Of a stretch of 45,688 nt of DNA, positions 17,569-25,626 are shown piece after piece. The position numbers and the translations under genes were made by a program. The DNA is taken from the IMG/VR virus record IMGVR_UViG_3300022909_001346, positions 1 to 45,688 of that record. One strand, 5' to 3'. Source of the DNA: a virus. Its lineage: Duplodnaviria > Caudoviricetes. Every line of letters begins with the position of its first letter. The first letter of the stretch is position 1. The notes under the pieces were generated by a model. The model worked only from the letters and a program-made list of their open reading frames with translations, searched no databases and had not been told where the DNA came from.

Positions 17569-17994
17569 TCAAGATTCGGTATCCTCTACCAATTCAACAA
17601 TAACACCGTTGTGGATGAAGATTTTTAGATCTTCGGTATCAAAATCGCCGTCAACGCATAAGACATCATACCAGCCTTCTTCGTCAATGCGTTCCCTTAG
17701 AGCTTCTTCCTCTTCTTCGGTAAAGCCATAAAAAGTGTAATCTTCACTACACCCATCCCAGGTAGAATCAAGTTCCCACTCTACGTACCCAGTCACTTCA
17801 AAAACGTAAGCATCGTCAAGGTCTTCTGCCAGTAACTCAATCTCTTCCTCTTCATTGACAGGAGTGATATAAAAATCACCGGAACGCCAGAGAGTAGCAA
17901 TAGAAACAGACCTACCCTTAGTGTCAGAAACAGTTTCAACTTCTTCAACTGACTTTTTGTACTTGTTACTGACGCGATATGTATTAAGCATCAT
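17569..17994 (-). CDS. Acidic hypothetical protein
   Basis: 141-aa ORF, strongly Asp/Glu-rich. Confidence 0.7.
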   Translation of the reverse strand: MMLNTYRVSNKYKKSVEEVETVSDTKGRSVSIATLWRSGDFYITPVNEEEEIELLAEDLDDAYVFEVTGYVEWELDSTWDGCSEDYTFYGFTEEEEEALRERIDEEGWYDVLCVDGDFDTEDLKIFIHNGVIVELVEDTES

Positions 17995-18184
17995 ATTCTC
18001 CTATCTGTTTGAATGTGCGGCGACTCTTGCTAAACTGTTTCATGGGCTTGCTAAAGGTAGTGAGTCCATAGTCATTCTCATGGGCAACTAGCCAACCCTT
18101 CTCATTGATATGATAGATTCCATTGGGAATGTTCTGTTCGCCCCAATCGGTTGTTTCTTGCAATATCTTAATCGACATAATCAT
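17984..18184 (-). CDS. Hypothetical protein
   Basis: 66-aa ORF overlapping both neighbours in the operon. Confidence 0.6.
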   Translation of the reverse strand: MIMSIKILQETTDWGEQNIPNGIYHINEKGWLVAHENDYGLTTFSKPMKQFSKSRRTFKQIGEYDA

Positions 18185-18812
18185 AGATCCTATCTATTTC
18201 TGTTGGGCAATTGAGAAAAAAATCTGCAACTGCCACGTGCCAAGCTGTACCAGGATGTAAACCATCAGCAGCCGTCGGGTGCATCTCTAAATGCCTTGGA
18301 TTCTCATCTAAGTTAGTAGATCGCATAACTCTGAGTTCAGCGCCATACCTTCTACACATTTCTATGATAGCATAGTAGTTCTTTTTCTTGCTCATTGCAA
18401 GTTCTTTTTTGCCTAAAAGGTCAACTAAGCCTCGCTCTTCAGCGTTCCAGCCCCCGATCACACTGAAAGGTGAAACATGATGCAGGATCTTCATTGTTGA
18501 CTTTTCTAGCAACACTTCGCGTCGAAAGTCTGATGGTGTTTGAATGCAGACAATACGCGGCTGTACGATAGGAAGATATCTAGAGATTTGTCTGAATACC
18601 GAATCCGCTCCTCCACCAGGAACTCCTAGATTGTATACAGGTAGTCCGATCTTCTCTTGTAGTATTCTTGCCCAAGTGTCTTCACGCTCCATACCGACAC
18701 CCCAAGTACACGAACAGCCTAGTGCAAAGACCGAATCTCTATTATACTCTATTGGATGATCAATACGCTCAACTAACTGATCATGATCTTCAATTCCAAA
18801 CTCACTGGTCAT
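18168..18812 (-). CDS. SGNH hydrolase-like protein
   Basis: ALGCSCTWGVGM...TW, YNLGVPGGG, ADGLHPG. Confidence 0.7.
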   Translation of the reverse strand: MTSEFGIEDHDQLVERIDHPIEYNRDSVFALGCSCTWGVGMEREDTWARILQEKIGLPVYNLGVPGGGADSVFRQISRYLPIVQPRIVCIQTPSDFRREVLLEKSTMKILHHVSPFSVIGGWNAEERGLVDLLGKKELAMSKKKNYYAIIEMCRRYGAELRVMRSTNLDENPRHLEMHPTAADGLHPGTAWHVAVADFFLNCPTEIDRIYDYVD

Positions 18813-19461
18813 TACTCATCCTTATCAACTCTCTCATTTGTGAAGTAGGCATCTCTTTACCCATTGTACCAATCATCTCATCGTAGATGCGTTTCTCTTC
18901 TTCTAACCACTTTCTGTCTTTCTCGTATAAGATTCTAACCAGAGGATCGCGGATCTTTTTAATCTTGAGAAAAAGATCATTTTCAACTGCGCTTCTATTC
19001 ATATGCACATTATGCTGTAGAACCAGTGGTAAGTTCTCTAGTAATATGTATTTGAATTCTACCGGTTCGTTAGAAAAGTGCATCAACATAGGACCCACGT
19101 GATCATTCCAATGTTGCTCAAACGTCTGTTTACCTCCCATGCCATTTTCGGTTATATACTTAACTGCTTCAATAACACCAGAAGTCCAACGATGTATAGG
19201 ATCTCGTATTACTACAGCAGCAGGGACAGACCCGTCATTCCAAGTAAGATGCGGCGACAATATATCTGAGTTTTCTCGCTCCAATTTATTGTGTAAGTTT
19301 AAAGTACCTGCTGATGCACCCTTGTGCTTGTAGTGGCTCATAAGATACTGACGAACAGAGCTAGAACCGCACTTGGTAGGTGCGGCTATAGCAAAGTAAT
19401 CGTTTCTAAAATAAAACCCTTCAACTTTATCCTGTAGATTCACTTGATATGTCCGAAACAA
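18802..19461 (-). CDS. Sulfotransferase-like protein
   Basis: APTKCGSSSVRQYL (5'-PSB-like loop) and VIRDPIHRWTSG (3'-PB-like motif). Confidence 0.65.
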   Translation of the reverse strand: MFRTYQVNLQDKVEGFYFRNDYFAIAAPTKCGSSSVRQYLMSHYKHKGASAGTLNLHNKLERENSDILSPHLTWNDGSVPAAVVIRDPIHRWTSGVIEAVKYITENGMGGKQTFEQHWNDHVGPMLMHFSNEPVEFKYILLENLPLVLQHNVHMNRSAVENDLFLKIKKIRDPLVRILYEKDRKWLEEEKRIYDEMIGTMGKEMPTSQMRELIRMSNDQ

Positions 19462-19793
19462 TAGTTTTCATCGACAACCTCTAGAGAATAGCGCATAAAC
19501 TCAATGGTGTCTTTGACATATTCAATGAAGCCCTCTAGAGGTACCTCACGCTCAAACCATTCAGTGTACCAGTCACCCTTTAGAGTTCTTACCGTCCAAG
19601 TATCAGATAGGCGCTTTCGTTTGATATGTTTCTCAAGGCCAGTAACATGATGAGGAGTACCCCCGAACACAACAGGAAATTGAGATAACTCACCCATACC
19701 AGCAATATAGTCTTGATTTCGTTCTTTGTAATCGCCGGCTATACCATAGCCTACTCTACCCCAAGGGTTCTGCACTATATAGAAGTAACGCAT
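19440..19793 (-). CDS. Hypothetical protein, possible divergent GIY-YIG fold
   Basis: YFYIV...VGYGIAGDYKERNQDY...LEKHIK...TEWF. Confidence 0.45.
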   Translation of the reverse strand: MRYFYIVQNPWGRVGYGIAGDYKERNQDYIAGMGELSQFPVVFGGTPHHVTGLEKHIKRKRLSDTWTVRTLKGDWYTEWFEREVPLEGFIEYVKDTIEFMRYSLEVVDENYCFGHIK

Positions 19794-21028
19794 TAAGCTG
19801 CCCTCTTATCGTCTGATTCAAGATACTTATCTAGTTCCTTCCTAGTACTTTCAGGTAGGAAGTCTGATACTCTATATGTTTTTGCCCTTCTCACAACATT
19901 ATATGAATCTAGCAAGTACTGAGGGACATACTCTTCACCCCCAAGGTCAGAGTATAATTGCAACAGCACAGTAGGGACAACCTCATGTTTCCACCCAGGA
20001 TTCTCAGTTTTGTAAAGTTTCTTATTAAAGGCTTTCCATGCTTTGTCGCAATCTCCTTTAAACGCTAACATGTCACCAAAGACTTTCTGCAATATACCCG
20101 CAAGTTGTTCAAGCAGCTTGTCACTAGGAATCATTTCTTCGTCTAAATCATATTTTGTAAAAAGATAGGTGAACATTGTAAAAACGTGTGAATCGATTTT
20201 ATAATCCGGGAAAAATGTGTTACACCAATTAGTACACGCTTTATTCTGCTCCTCGGTCATTTTCAAGAATTTTTCAACGTGCGTGAACGTGCGATCCTCT
20301 GCATATTTCTTGCCTTTAGGGGACGCATAGCAATCATTTTGTTCTGCAATTGCAACCTTTCTTTCGATCTCAACAAACTCAGTTACTGTGCTGCCGTACT
20401 GGTCAGCAAGAACAACGGCAGTTTGCGTTGTTTTAAATTTATCTTGCGGTCTCTGACTGTAACCGTTCTGATGGCTGAACCAACGAACACCTACACCAAT
20501 ATCATCAGTTTCAATGTACCAAATGTTTATCACATAGTCTTCCCAGTCTCCATCATAGTCTTCTAGAAGACCTTCCTGAATAAAACGTATGATACATGTA
20601 AGAGTGTGCTGTTTGTCGCAAAGATACCACTCATCTTCAGATGTGTAGATAGCAGTAGCAACTCCCATCATTTGAGGATCAAAAAAGCCAAGCGTCATGA
20701 TCCGAGTGCAATGATCCTTAGCCAGATATCGCTGAATATGAGGGTGAATCTTTATATCACCTAAACGAACGCTGCCTACCTTGGGCGCTCGGGTAAGATT
20801 GACCTTAGCCCCCGATGCTTTGTATTCATCTAACATCGCTTCGTGCGTAGGGTCTTGCTTGAGCATCTCAGCATTTTTGCCGAGATCATAAATCGCAGGT
20901 GATTTAGCACGAAAGGGATGTTCTTCGCCAGCAGGATTCGGCGTGCGTTGTGACTGAGGACGAATAAAAGCCTTGAATATTGGATTTTCTCTCACCCCAG
21001 CATCGAAGTCTAAAGTTAATTGTGCCAT
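19793..21028 (-). CDS. ParB/Srx-like (DGQH-motif-like) domain protein
   Basis: IQRYL...FDP...WYLCDKQHT resembles the QR...DGQH signature; 411 aa; own promoter. Confidence 0.5.
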   Translation of the reverse strand: MAQLTLDFDAGVRENPIFKAFIRPQSQRTPNPAGEEHPFRAKSPAIYDLGKNAEMLKQDPTHEAMLDEYKASGAKVNLTRAPKVGSVRLGDIKIHPHIQRYLAKDHCTRIMTLGFFDPQMMGVATAIYTSEDEWYLCDKQHTLTCIIRFIQEGLLEDYDGDWEDYVINIWYIETDDIGVGVRWFSHQNGYSQRPQDKFKTTQTAVVLADQYGSTVTEFVEIERKVAIAEQNDCYASPKGKKYAEDRTFTHVEKFLKMTEEQNKACTNWCNTFFPDYKIDSHVFTMFTYLFTKYDLDEEMIPSDKLLEQLAGILQKVFGDMLAFKGDCDKAWKAFNKKLYKTENPGWKHEVVPTVLLQLYSDLGGEEYVPQYLLDSYNVVRRAKTYRVSDFLPESTRKELDKYLESDDKRAA

Positions 21029-21060
21029 GATGCAGTATGCCTTTTTGTTTTGATGCGAGT

Positions 21061-21100
21061 ATTATAGTCTATTTGGTGTAAAAGGATAACCTTTATTTCA
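21061..21100 (-). promoter_or_regulatory. Sigma70-type promoter related to the early promoter family
   Basis: TGAAATAAAGG-TTATCC-N17-TATAAT; the upstream TGAAATAAAGG matches the copy at 25.55 kb. Confidence 0.55.
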
Positions 21101-21109
21101 ATAAAACGG

Positions 21110-21826
21110 TCACATGATGTCCTTAAAAGAGTCAATGGACATATACGACACGTTACGATACTCATCAGTCCATTCAGGCTTCAGTCCACCACCGACTATA
21201 ACGAAATGCACATTAGGATACTCAACGAAGTTACGGCAGTGCTGCGAACGCCAGTTTTCGGCAGAGTTACGCCGTTCATACACCTCATAAGCAGAATGCC
21301 CTTCTGGTACATAATTCAGAGTCCCGGCATAGACATTATTCACATCTGCTGATGTGCTACCCATATCAAAGCCTAGCAGATAGACCCTAATAGACTCAGC
21401 AGCGGCAAGCCGAATAGCTGTAGTACCAGTAGACCAGTCTTCACACCCAGGCAACACAATACGCTGAATATCTAAGTCTTTATCACACCAAGTGATATGC
21501 GTCCCCCATGGAGCACCATTCAGTGTGTACATAGCACAAGGCTCACCACGCACTATCAAAGGCTCTGTAGTGGGAAACATCCCGTATGTATCAGCAGGCA
21601 ACTCTTCCCACACTCTGAAACGTATAGAAGCATTCCCAGTATATTCTGTATAGATCTCTTGCATCATGCCGTTGTCTACAGAGACTAGAACATCAGGATC
21701 AAAATCTCTGTATATAGCATTACACCCATACGTGCGATGTCGTAAAGAGTTCAGGTCTATTTGTTTACGGCTCTTGCCGTTTCCTATCACTACGCTCTGA
21801 AACAGAGTCTTCGGATTCTTTTTCAT
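21110..21826 (-). CDS. Maf/sialyltransferase-like (GT-A variant) protein
   Basis: VVIGNGKSR...YGCNAIYRDF.PDVLVSVD...WSTGTTAI...VYLLGFD. Confidence 0.6.
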   Translation of the reverse strand: MKKNPKTLFQSVVIGNGKSRKQIDLNSLRHRTYGCNAIYRDFDPDVLVSVDNGMMQEIYTEYTGNASIRFRVWEELPADTYGMFPTTEPLIVRGEPCAMYTLNGAPWGTHITWCDKDLDIQRIVLPGCEDWSTGTTAIRLAAAESIRVYLLGFDMGSTSADVNNVYAGTLNYVPEGHSAYEVYERRNSAENWRSQHCRNFVEYPNVHFVIVGGGLKPEWTDEYRNVSYMSIDSFKDIM

Positions 21827-21899
21827 ACACTATCCAAATGTTCAGTATAAAGTAAGTTATCATTACGAAGATCCCTAGGTGTGTGCCCGTTATCTTCAA
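21765..21899 (-). CDS. Possible small membrane peptide (44 aa)
   Basis: GGAG RBS, TTG start, MKITGTHLGIFVMITYFILNIWIVY...; overlaps the next ORF, so uncertain. Confidence 0.3.
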   Translation of the reverse strand: MKITGTHLGIFVMITYFILNIWIVYEKESEDSVSERSDRKRQEP

Positions 21900-22153
21900 G
21901 TGGATACTCCTTTGTGTGTGTCTCTTATAGGTGCTGTTTTGTGCCGCGAATTTTCCTGCGAAAAAATTTCTTAAAAGCGATCTACTTTTTGAGGTTCGAA
22001 TTACAAGTGATTAACATGTGCCTGGGTATATAGTGCTGTCATGTGAGCACCCCCTCCTACTTTCCATAGTCGAATTCACTTCCCCCTCACCCTGCCTCCG
22101 TCTCGGCTCTTAGGCTACGGCTATTGGCCAATACGGGCTATGGTATTTCCGTG

Positions 22154-22252
22154 TCAGAACACGATGATCCCGTTAACGTAAAGTACCGCTATAGGTAGGA
22201 CAAAGTACAGTCCCACCAATGCTATTTCTATTCTACCCCAGTCTCTGAACAT
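22154..22252 (-). CDS. Small hydrophobic peptide (32 aa)
   Basis: Not in the ORF track. MFRDWGRIEIALVGLYFVLPIAVLYVNGIIVF, AAGGAG RBS, promoter at 22312-22340. Confidence 0.6.
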   Translation of the reverse strand: MFRDWGRIEIALVGLYFVLPIAVLYVNGIIVF

Positions 22253-22311
22253 ACGGTTCTCCTTAATGATTAATACTATTATCAGGTTCTTCCTTTTAAC
22301 GCAACAGACGT

Positions 22312-22340
22312 AGTATAGTATAGGATAGAAACGATGTCAA
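22312..22340 (-). promoter_or_regulatory. Sigma70 promoter TTGACA-N17-TATACT
   Basis: Near-consensus boxes preceded by AAATAAAGG. Confidence 0.75.
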
Positions 22341-22347
22341 CCTTTAT

Positions 22348-22521
22348 TTACCAGTTATGTACGATATTGGTCATAATGAATAAGGCACATACTACGTTAA
22401 CCAGTACTATGACAGTCCTAACTAAGGCTACTAGGTCAGAGGTGCGGCTGTCTTCGGATGCCTTCTCCCCCAATGCCTTAGCCCATACCTCCCAGGCGTA
22501 TGCACAGGCTCTTCGTATCAT
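22348..22521 (-). CDS. Small membrane protein (57 aa)
   Basis: Not in the ORF track. AGGAG RBS; MIRRACAYAWEVWAKALGEKASEDSRTSDLVALVRTVIVLVNVVCALFIMTNIVHNW. I recall the WAKALGEK motif from small proteins of marine T4-like phages (unverified). Confidence 0.7.
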   Translation of the reverse strand: MIRRACAYAWEVWAKALGEKASEDSRTSDLVALVRTVIVLVNVVCALFIMTNIVHNW

Positions 22522-22538
22522 TTTGGTCTCCTAGGTAC

Positions 22539-22622
22539 TTGACAGGTGCCTTCCTTACCGAACCTTACAGAAAAAGGTTGACAGGGACCTACTCTACCGA
22601 ATATTGTAGAAAAGGCTTGACT
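22539..22622 (+). repeat. Degenerate 39-bp tandem repeat, each unit starting TTGAC
   Basis: TTGAC at 22539, 22578 and 22617; units 1 and 2 match at 28 of 39 positions. Confidence 0.65.
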
Positions 22623-22686
22623 TCCTAGGGAATAGGAGCCACGAACTAAGACCAGCTCTTTTTGCACCCTCATAAATAGAAATACC

Positions 22687-22923
22687 TCATGTATAGAACG
22701 TTATCGATAACCTTTCCGACTTGATGCCTGACTGACAAAGGAAGCCTAATACGCTATCCTCTATGTTTACTATGACTACTATAGCATCCTCACCCCACAC
22801 ATCTGCTAGATCCGCTGCTTCCTCTATACTGTCAAAGAGTATGGGTCTTAGCTGAAACTTACTGTCTCCGTGTATCACATACAGGTATTCGTCATTAAAT
22901 GGATACTTTACCGCGTATTTCAT
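22687..22923 (-). CDS. Hypothetical protein
   Basis: 78-aa ORF with an AGGA RBS. Confidence 0.55.
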   Translation of the reverse strand: MKYAVKYPFNDEYLYVIHGDSKFQLRPILFDSIEEAADLADVWGEDAIVVIVNIEDSVLGFLCQSGIKSERLSITFYT

Positions 22924-23001
22924 CTAATCTTTCCTATATAGAACCCTACTATGAAAGCGAACAAAATATAATAAATCATGTCCTTTTCCTGGGTGTAAAT
23001 G

Positions 23002-23427
23002 TTACCATCTGATATCCCTCATCCATGTATCAACCGCATCTTGCTTGAGCGTATTCTGTTTTAACTGATAGTCATCTATTGCTGACTTGATAGCATCTTC
23101 CGCTAATACGCTACAATGTATCTTTACTGGTGGGAGGGCTAGTTCTTCTGCGATCTCCGTATTCTTTATTGTATATGCAGACTCCAAAGTCCTTCCCTTG
23201 ACCCATTCCGTTAACAGGCTGGATGAAGCGATTGCGCTTCCGCATCCATACGTTTTGAATTTAGCGTCAGTGATGATACCTTCCTCAACCACAATCTGAA
23301 GTCTCATTACGTCACCACAAGCAGGTGCGCCTACCATACCCGTACCTACATTAGGATCCGCAGCGTCTAGCTTACCGACGTTGCGTGGATTGTCATAGTG
23401 ATCCATTACTTTATCGCTGTATGCCAT
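23002..23427 (-). CDS. iscU: Fe-S cluster assembly scaffold IscU
   Basis: MAYSDKVMDHYDNPRNVG, GAPACGDVM, FKTYGCGSAIASSS, LPPVKIHCSVLAEDAI. Confidence 0.96.
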   Translation of the reverse strand: MAYSDKVMDHYDNPRNVGKLDAADPNVGTGMVGAPACGDVMRLQIVVEEGIITDAKFKTYGCGSAIASSSLLTEWVKGRTLESAYTIKNTEIAEELALPPVKIHCSVLAEDAIKSAIDDYQLKQNTLKQDAVDTWMRDIRW

Positions 23428-23428
23428 A

Positions 23429-23692
23429 TCATTGATCCTTCTTTTTTGGGGCTTTCTTGGGTTTATTCTTAGGCTTTACCTTGGCTACGATCACCTCTTC
23501 AACAGCGGTCACGGGTTCCATTGATACTGTAGAATCATACATGCCGTACCTATAGCCGTTTGCCTCTATGCTGATACCGTCGAATACGTCGATGAATACG
23601 CCTTCTTGTGTCATTTCCGATACGAGCGTTGATAGCGAGATGTATTGTTTCCGCTTAGGTTGATAAGGCTTCTTACGGTTTGTGCGTGCCAT
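23429..23692 (-). CDS. Hypothetical protein with basic termini
   Basis: 87-aa ORF downstream of a late promoter. Confidence 0.6.
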   Translation of the reverse strand: MARTNRKKPYQPKRKQYISLSTLVSEMTQEGVFIDVFDGISIEANGYRYGMYDSTVSMEPVTAVEEVIVAKVKPKNKPKKAPKKKDQ

Positions 23693-23706
23693 TCAGGAAT
23701 TCCTTG

Positions 23707-24192
23707 TCAAGTGAAGTATTTATAGCCTCGGACTTTAATCTGTTTTGCCTCTTTGAGAGTGATACCTAGCTCTTCTCTTAGAATGTATTTGGCTAATGGC
23801 TTCTGGCGGGCGAATGCCTCTTTTTCCCACGGTTGTTTGTAGTATGCCATATCCGTGAGATCACTCCCCTTCCAGTATATTTTGTTTTCCTTCTGTACCC
23901 ATCTGCCGTCTAGAAACTGTATCATGTGTACGAATTCGTGGCAGAGGACTTCGATAAAATCATAAAGGCTCATGTCCTTGCCATTGTCTATTTCTATGAT
24001 AGAGTAAGGTTTCCCTCGATCTTTCCAAGAATCTATCATGCCATGACAGCCTTCTTTGCGAATATTTTTAATCTCGATATCCAGGTTGAGTACCCGCTTT
24101 CTCGGTAGTTCTTTGCTCATGAGGTAGACAACGGCATCTTGAGCTAGATGCCGCATCATTTGAGTTCCGCCTTCCACATGAATATAGAACAT
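23707..24192 (-). CDS. Zincin-like metallopeptidase
   Basis: LCHEFVHMIQ (HExxH) and YYKQPWEKEAF. Confidence 0.7.
   Translation of the reverse strand: MFYIHVEGGTQMMRHLAQDAVVYLMSKELPRKRVLNLDIEIKNIRKEGCHGMIDSWKDRGKPYSIIEIDNGKDMSLYDFIEVLCHEFVHMIQFLDGRWVQKENKIYWKGSDLTDMAYYKQPWEKEAFARQKPLAKYILREELGITLKEAKQIKVRGYKYFT
23717..23724 (-). promoter_or_regulatory. T4-type late promoter TATAAATA
   Basis: Exact motif about 25 nt upstream of the ATG at 23692; would also read into iscU. Confidence 0.6.
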
Positions 24193-24196
24193 TCCC

Positions 24197-24574
24197 TTAG
24201 GCTACCTTTTGATTCGATCCGATGAAAGAGGACATGATTTGAGTGAAGCCGATATTGTCGCACATGTGAACACCACCAAACTCATCCACCAGAACATCAC
24301 CAACGGACATGCTGTGCTGTGGTCGGTAGCGAGTGATCTTGGACTCGTCTTCCATGTTATGCGCATCAAATGCCGCTTCCAAAGAATCCACTGCGATGTC
24401 CGCGACATGCTCAAAATACTGGTCGTATTCCGTGACATAAGCCTCAGAACCACCTCGCCCAACCGCTTGCCATGCCTCAATGATTGGCATCTCCTCAAAC
24501 GCCTGAGTCCAACCTAACTCATTGACTCGGTCACACTGCTCACGGCTTGGACGAATTTGAAACAATTTAAACAT
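24197..24574 (-). CDS. Hypothetical early protein (YodL-like motif)
   Basis: LEAAFDAHN...HSMSVGDVL...CDNIGF. Confidence 0.6.
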   Translation of the reverse strand: MFKLFQIRPSREQCDRVNELGWTQAFEEMPIIEAWQAVGRGGSEAYVTEYDQYFEHVADIAVDSLEAAFDAHNMEDESKITRYRPQHSMSVGDVLVDEFGGVHMCDNIGFTQIMSSFIGSNQKVA

Positions 24575-24783
24575 TATACCGTTACCTCACTTTGCTGTTC
24601 ATATTGAGTAATAAGATAATCGAGTTGGTCATTAATGTCCGAGACGCTCAGGTGGTCAGCATCTTTCATATCCATGAACACATCACTGTCCACATAGTTC
24701 CAATCGATTAAGCCGTCCCGAATATTCTCAGGATTTATTACTGCTTCGTTGAACGAATTTACAACCTCTGTTGATATATTCAT
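24574..24783 (-). CDS. Small early protein, WNYVDxD family
   Basis: Paralogue of 29606-29827. Confidence 0.7.
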   Translation of the reverse strand: MNISTEVVNSFNEAVINPENIRDGLIDWNYVDSDVFMDMKDADHLSVSDINDQLDYLITQYEQQSEVTV

Positions 24784-24959
24784 TACGCCACCTCCTCATT
24801 GTATTCCGTTGCACTCAAGACCTGACTAATAGATCGCTCACTTACCCTTACATAAGCCCCATCGCTGAGTTGAATATGCATTTCATCCACAACGCAGACA
24901 ACTTCCAACCATTTCGATTGTCCTTGTCTGCGTACAAAATCACCTTCAAATATAATCAT
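24783..24959 (-). CDS. Hypothetical protein (58 aa)
   Basis: AAGGAG RBS before the ATG at 24959 (MIIFEGDFV...). Confidence 0.65.
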   Translation of the reverse strand: MIIFEGDFVRRQGQSKWLEVVCVVDEMHIQLSDGAYVRVSERSISQVLSATEYNEEVA

Positions 24960-24969
24960 ACTACTCTCC

Positions 24970-25290
24970 TTAAAGATACTCGGGACCAGTCCAACGAACC
25001 CAGCTGTAGTCACCCTCGAGGATGTTGCCACGAGCCTTGTTACGAGCAGGGGCAGCCCAGGACGCTGCCTTGAGCAGATCTCCAGCCTTGAACTTAGAGT
25101 CCGCGACCTTGACAACGAAGCCCCACACAGAACCTCCCTTGATGATTTTGTAGTACTTACGACCTTCAAGAATCTCAAGCGACATTACAAATTCAGAGGC
25201 CATCTTCTCACGAACCTCAGACGTGGGCGGCATGAATCTTAGGTAGTCCTTGTTGATCTCCTCAACCAGCTTTTGTAGTTGCTTTTCCAT
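24970..25290 (-). CDS. Phage early-region hypothetical protein
   Basis: GRKYYKII...SVWGFV...GDLLKAASWAAPARNKARGNI. Confidence 0.75.
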   Translation of the reverse strand: MEKQLQKLVEEINKDYLRFMPPTSEVREKMASEFVMSLEILEGRKYYKIIKGGSVWGFVVKVADSKFKAGDLLKAASWAAPARNKARGNILEGDYSWVRWTGPEYL

Positions 25291-25490
25291 TACACACTCT
25301 CCACGCTGAAATACTCAGCAGTTAAACGTTGAATCGCGACCTGAACAGCAGGACGACCTTCTAACCAATACTCACTCTGCATTGAGGAGTAGCACGATGA
25401 AGAAGGGACAAGAGCAGTTAGCTTCTCGCCTTCCATCAATTCCAGAGCCTCTTTTGAGATCTGAGCTACTAAGCCTTCTGATAGTGTCAT
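25290..25490 (-). CDS. Hypothetical protein
   Basis: First gene after repeated promoter copy 1. Confidence 0.6.
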   Translation of the reverse strand: MTLSEGLVAQISKEALELMEGEKLTALVPSSSCYSSMQSEYWLEGRPAVQVAIQRLTAEYFSVESV

Positions 25491-25504
25491 ATGATTTTCC
25501 TTTT

Positions 25505-25600
25505 CTTCTCAACTTTTGAAACACTATTATACTAGGTATTGGTGACTTTCGCAACCTTTATTTCACCTTTTTTTAGAACCTTTTGTTATATGCTTATAAC
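25505..25600 (-). promoter_or_regulatory. Repeated early promoter/operator element, copy 1
   Basis: GTTATA-AGCA-TATAAC dyad (25585-25600), A-tracts, TTGCGA-N17-TATAAT (25554-25526), leader TTCAAAAGTTGAG. Confidence 0.85.
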
Positions 25601-25626
25601 TTTTTCGTATATACAGCGATGTGGAT

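Noticed and set aside
21985-22010. GGTTCGAAT, resembling a tRNA T-loop
   Set aside because: No T-stem, acceptor stem or cloverleaf could be built. I saw no tRNA in the window, though a tRNAscan run would be needed to exclude one.
22334-22534. 66-aa + strand ORF
   Set aside because: Antisense to the RBS-supported 57-aa minus-strand gene.
22539-22660. Possible mini-CRISPR array
   Set aside because: The units are degenerate tandem copies with no repeat-spacer alternation and no cas genes.
24960-25178. N-terminal extension of the 131-aa ORF 24783-25178
   Set aside because: It overlaps the better-supported 24970-25290 gene; the RBS supports a start at 24959.
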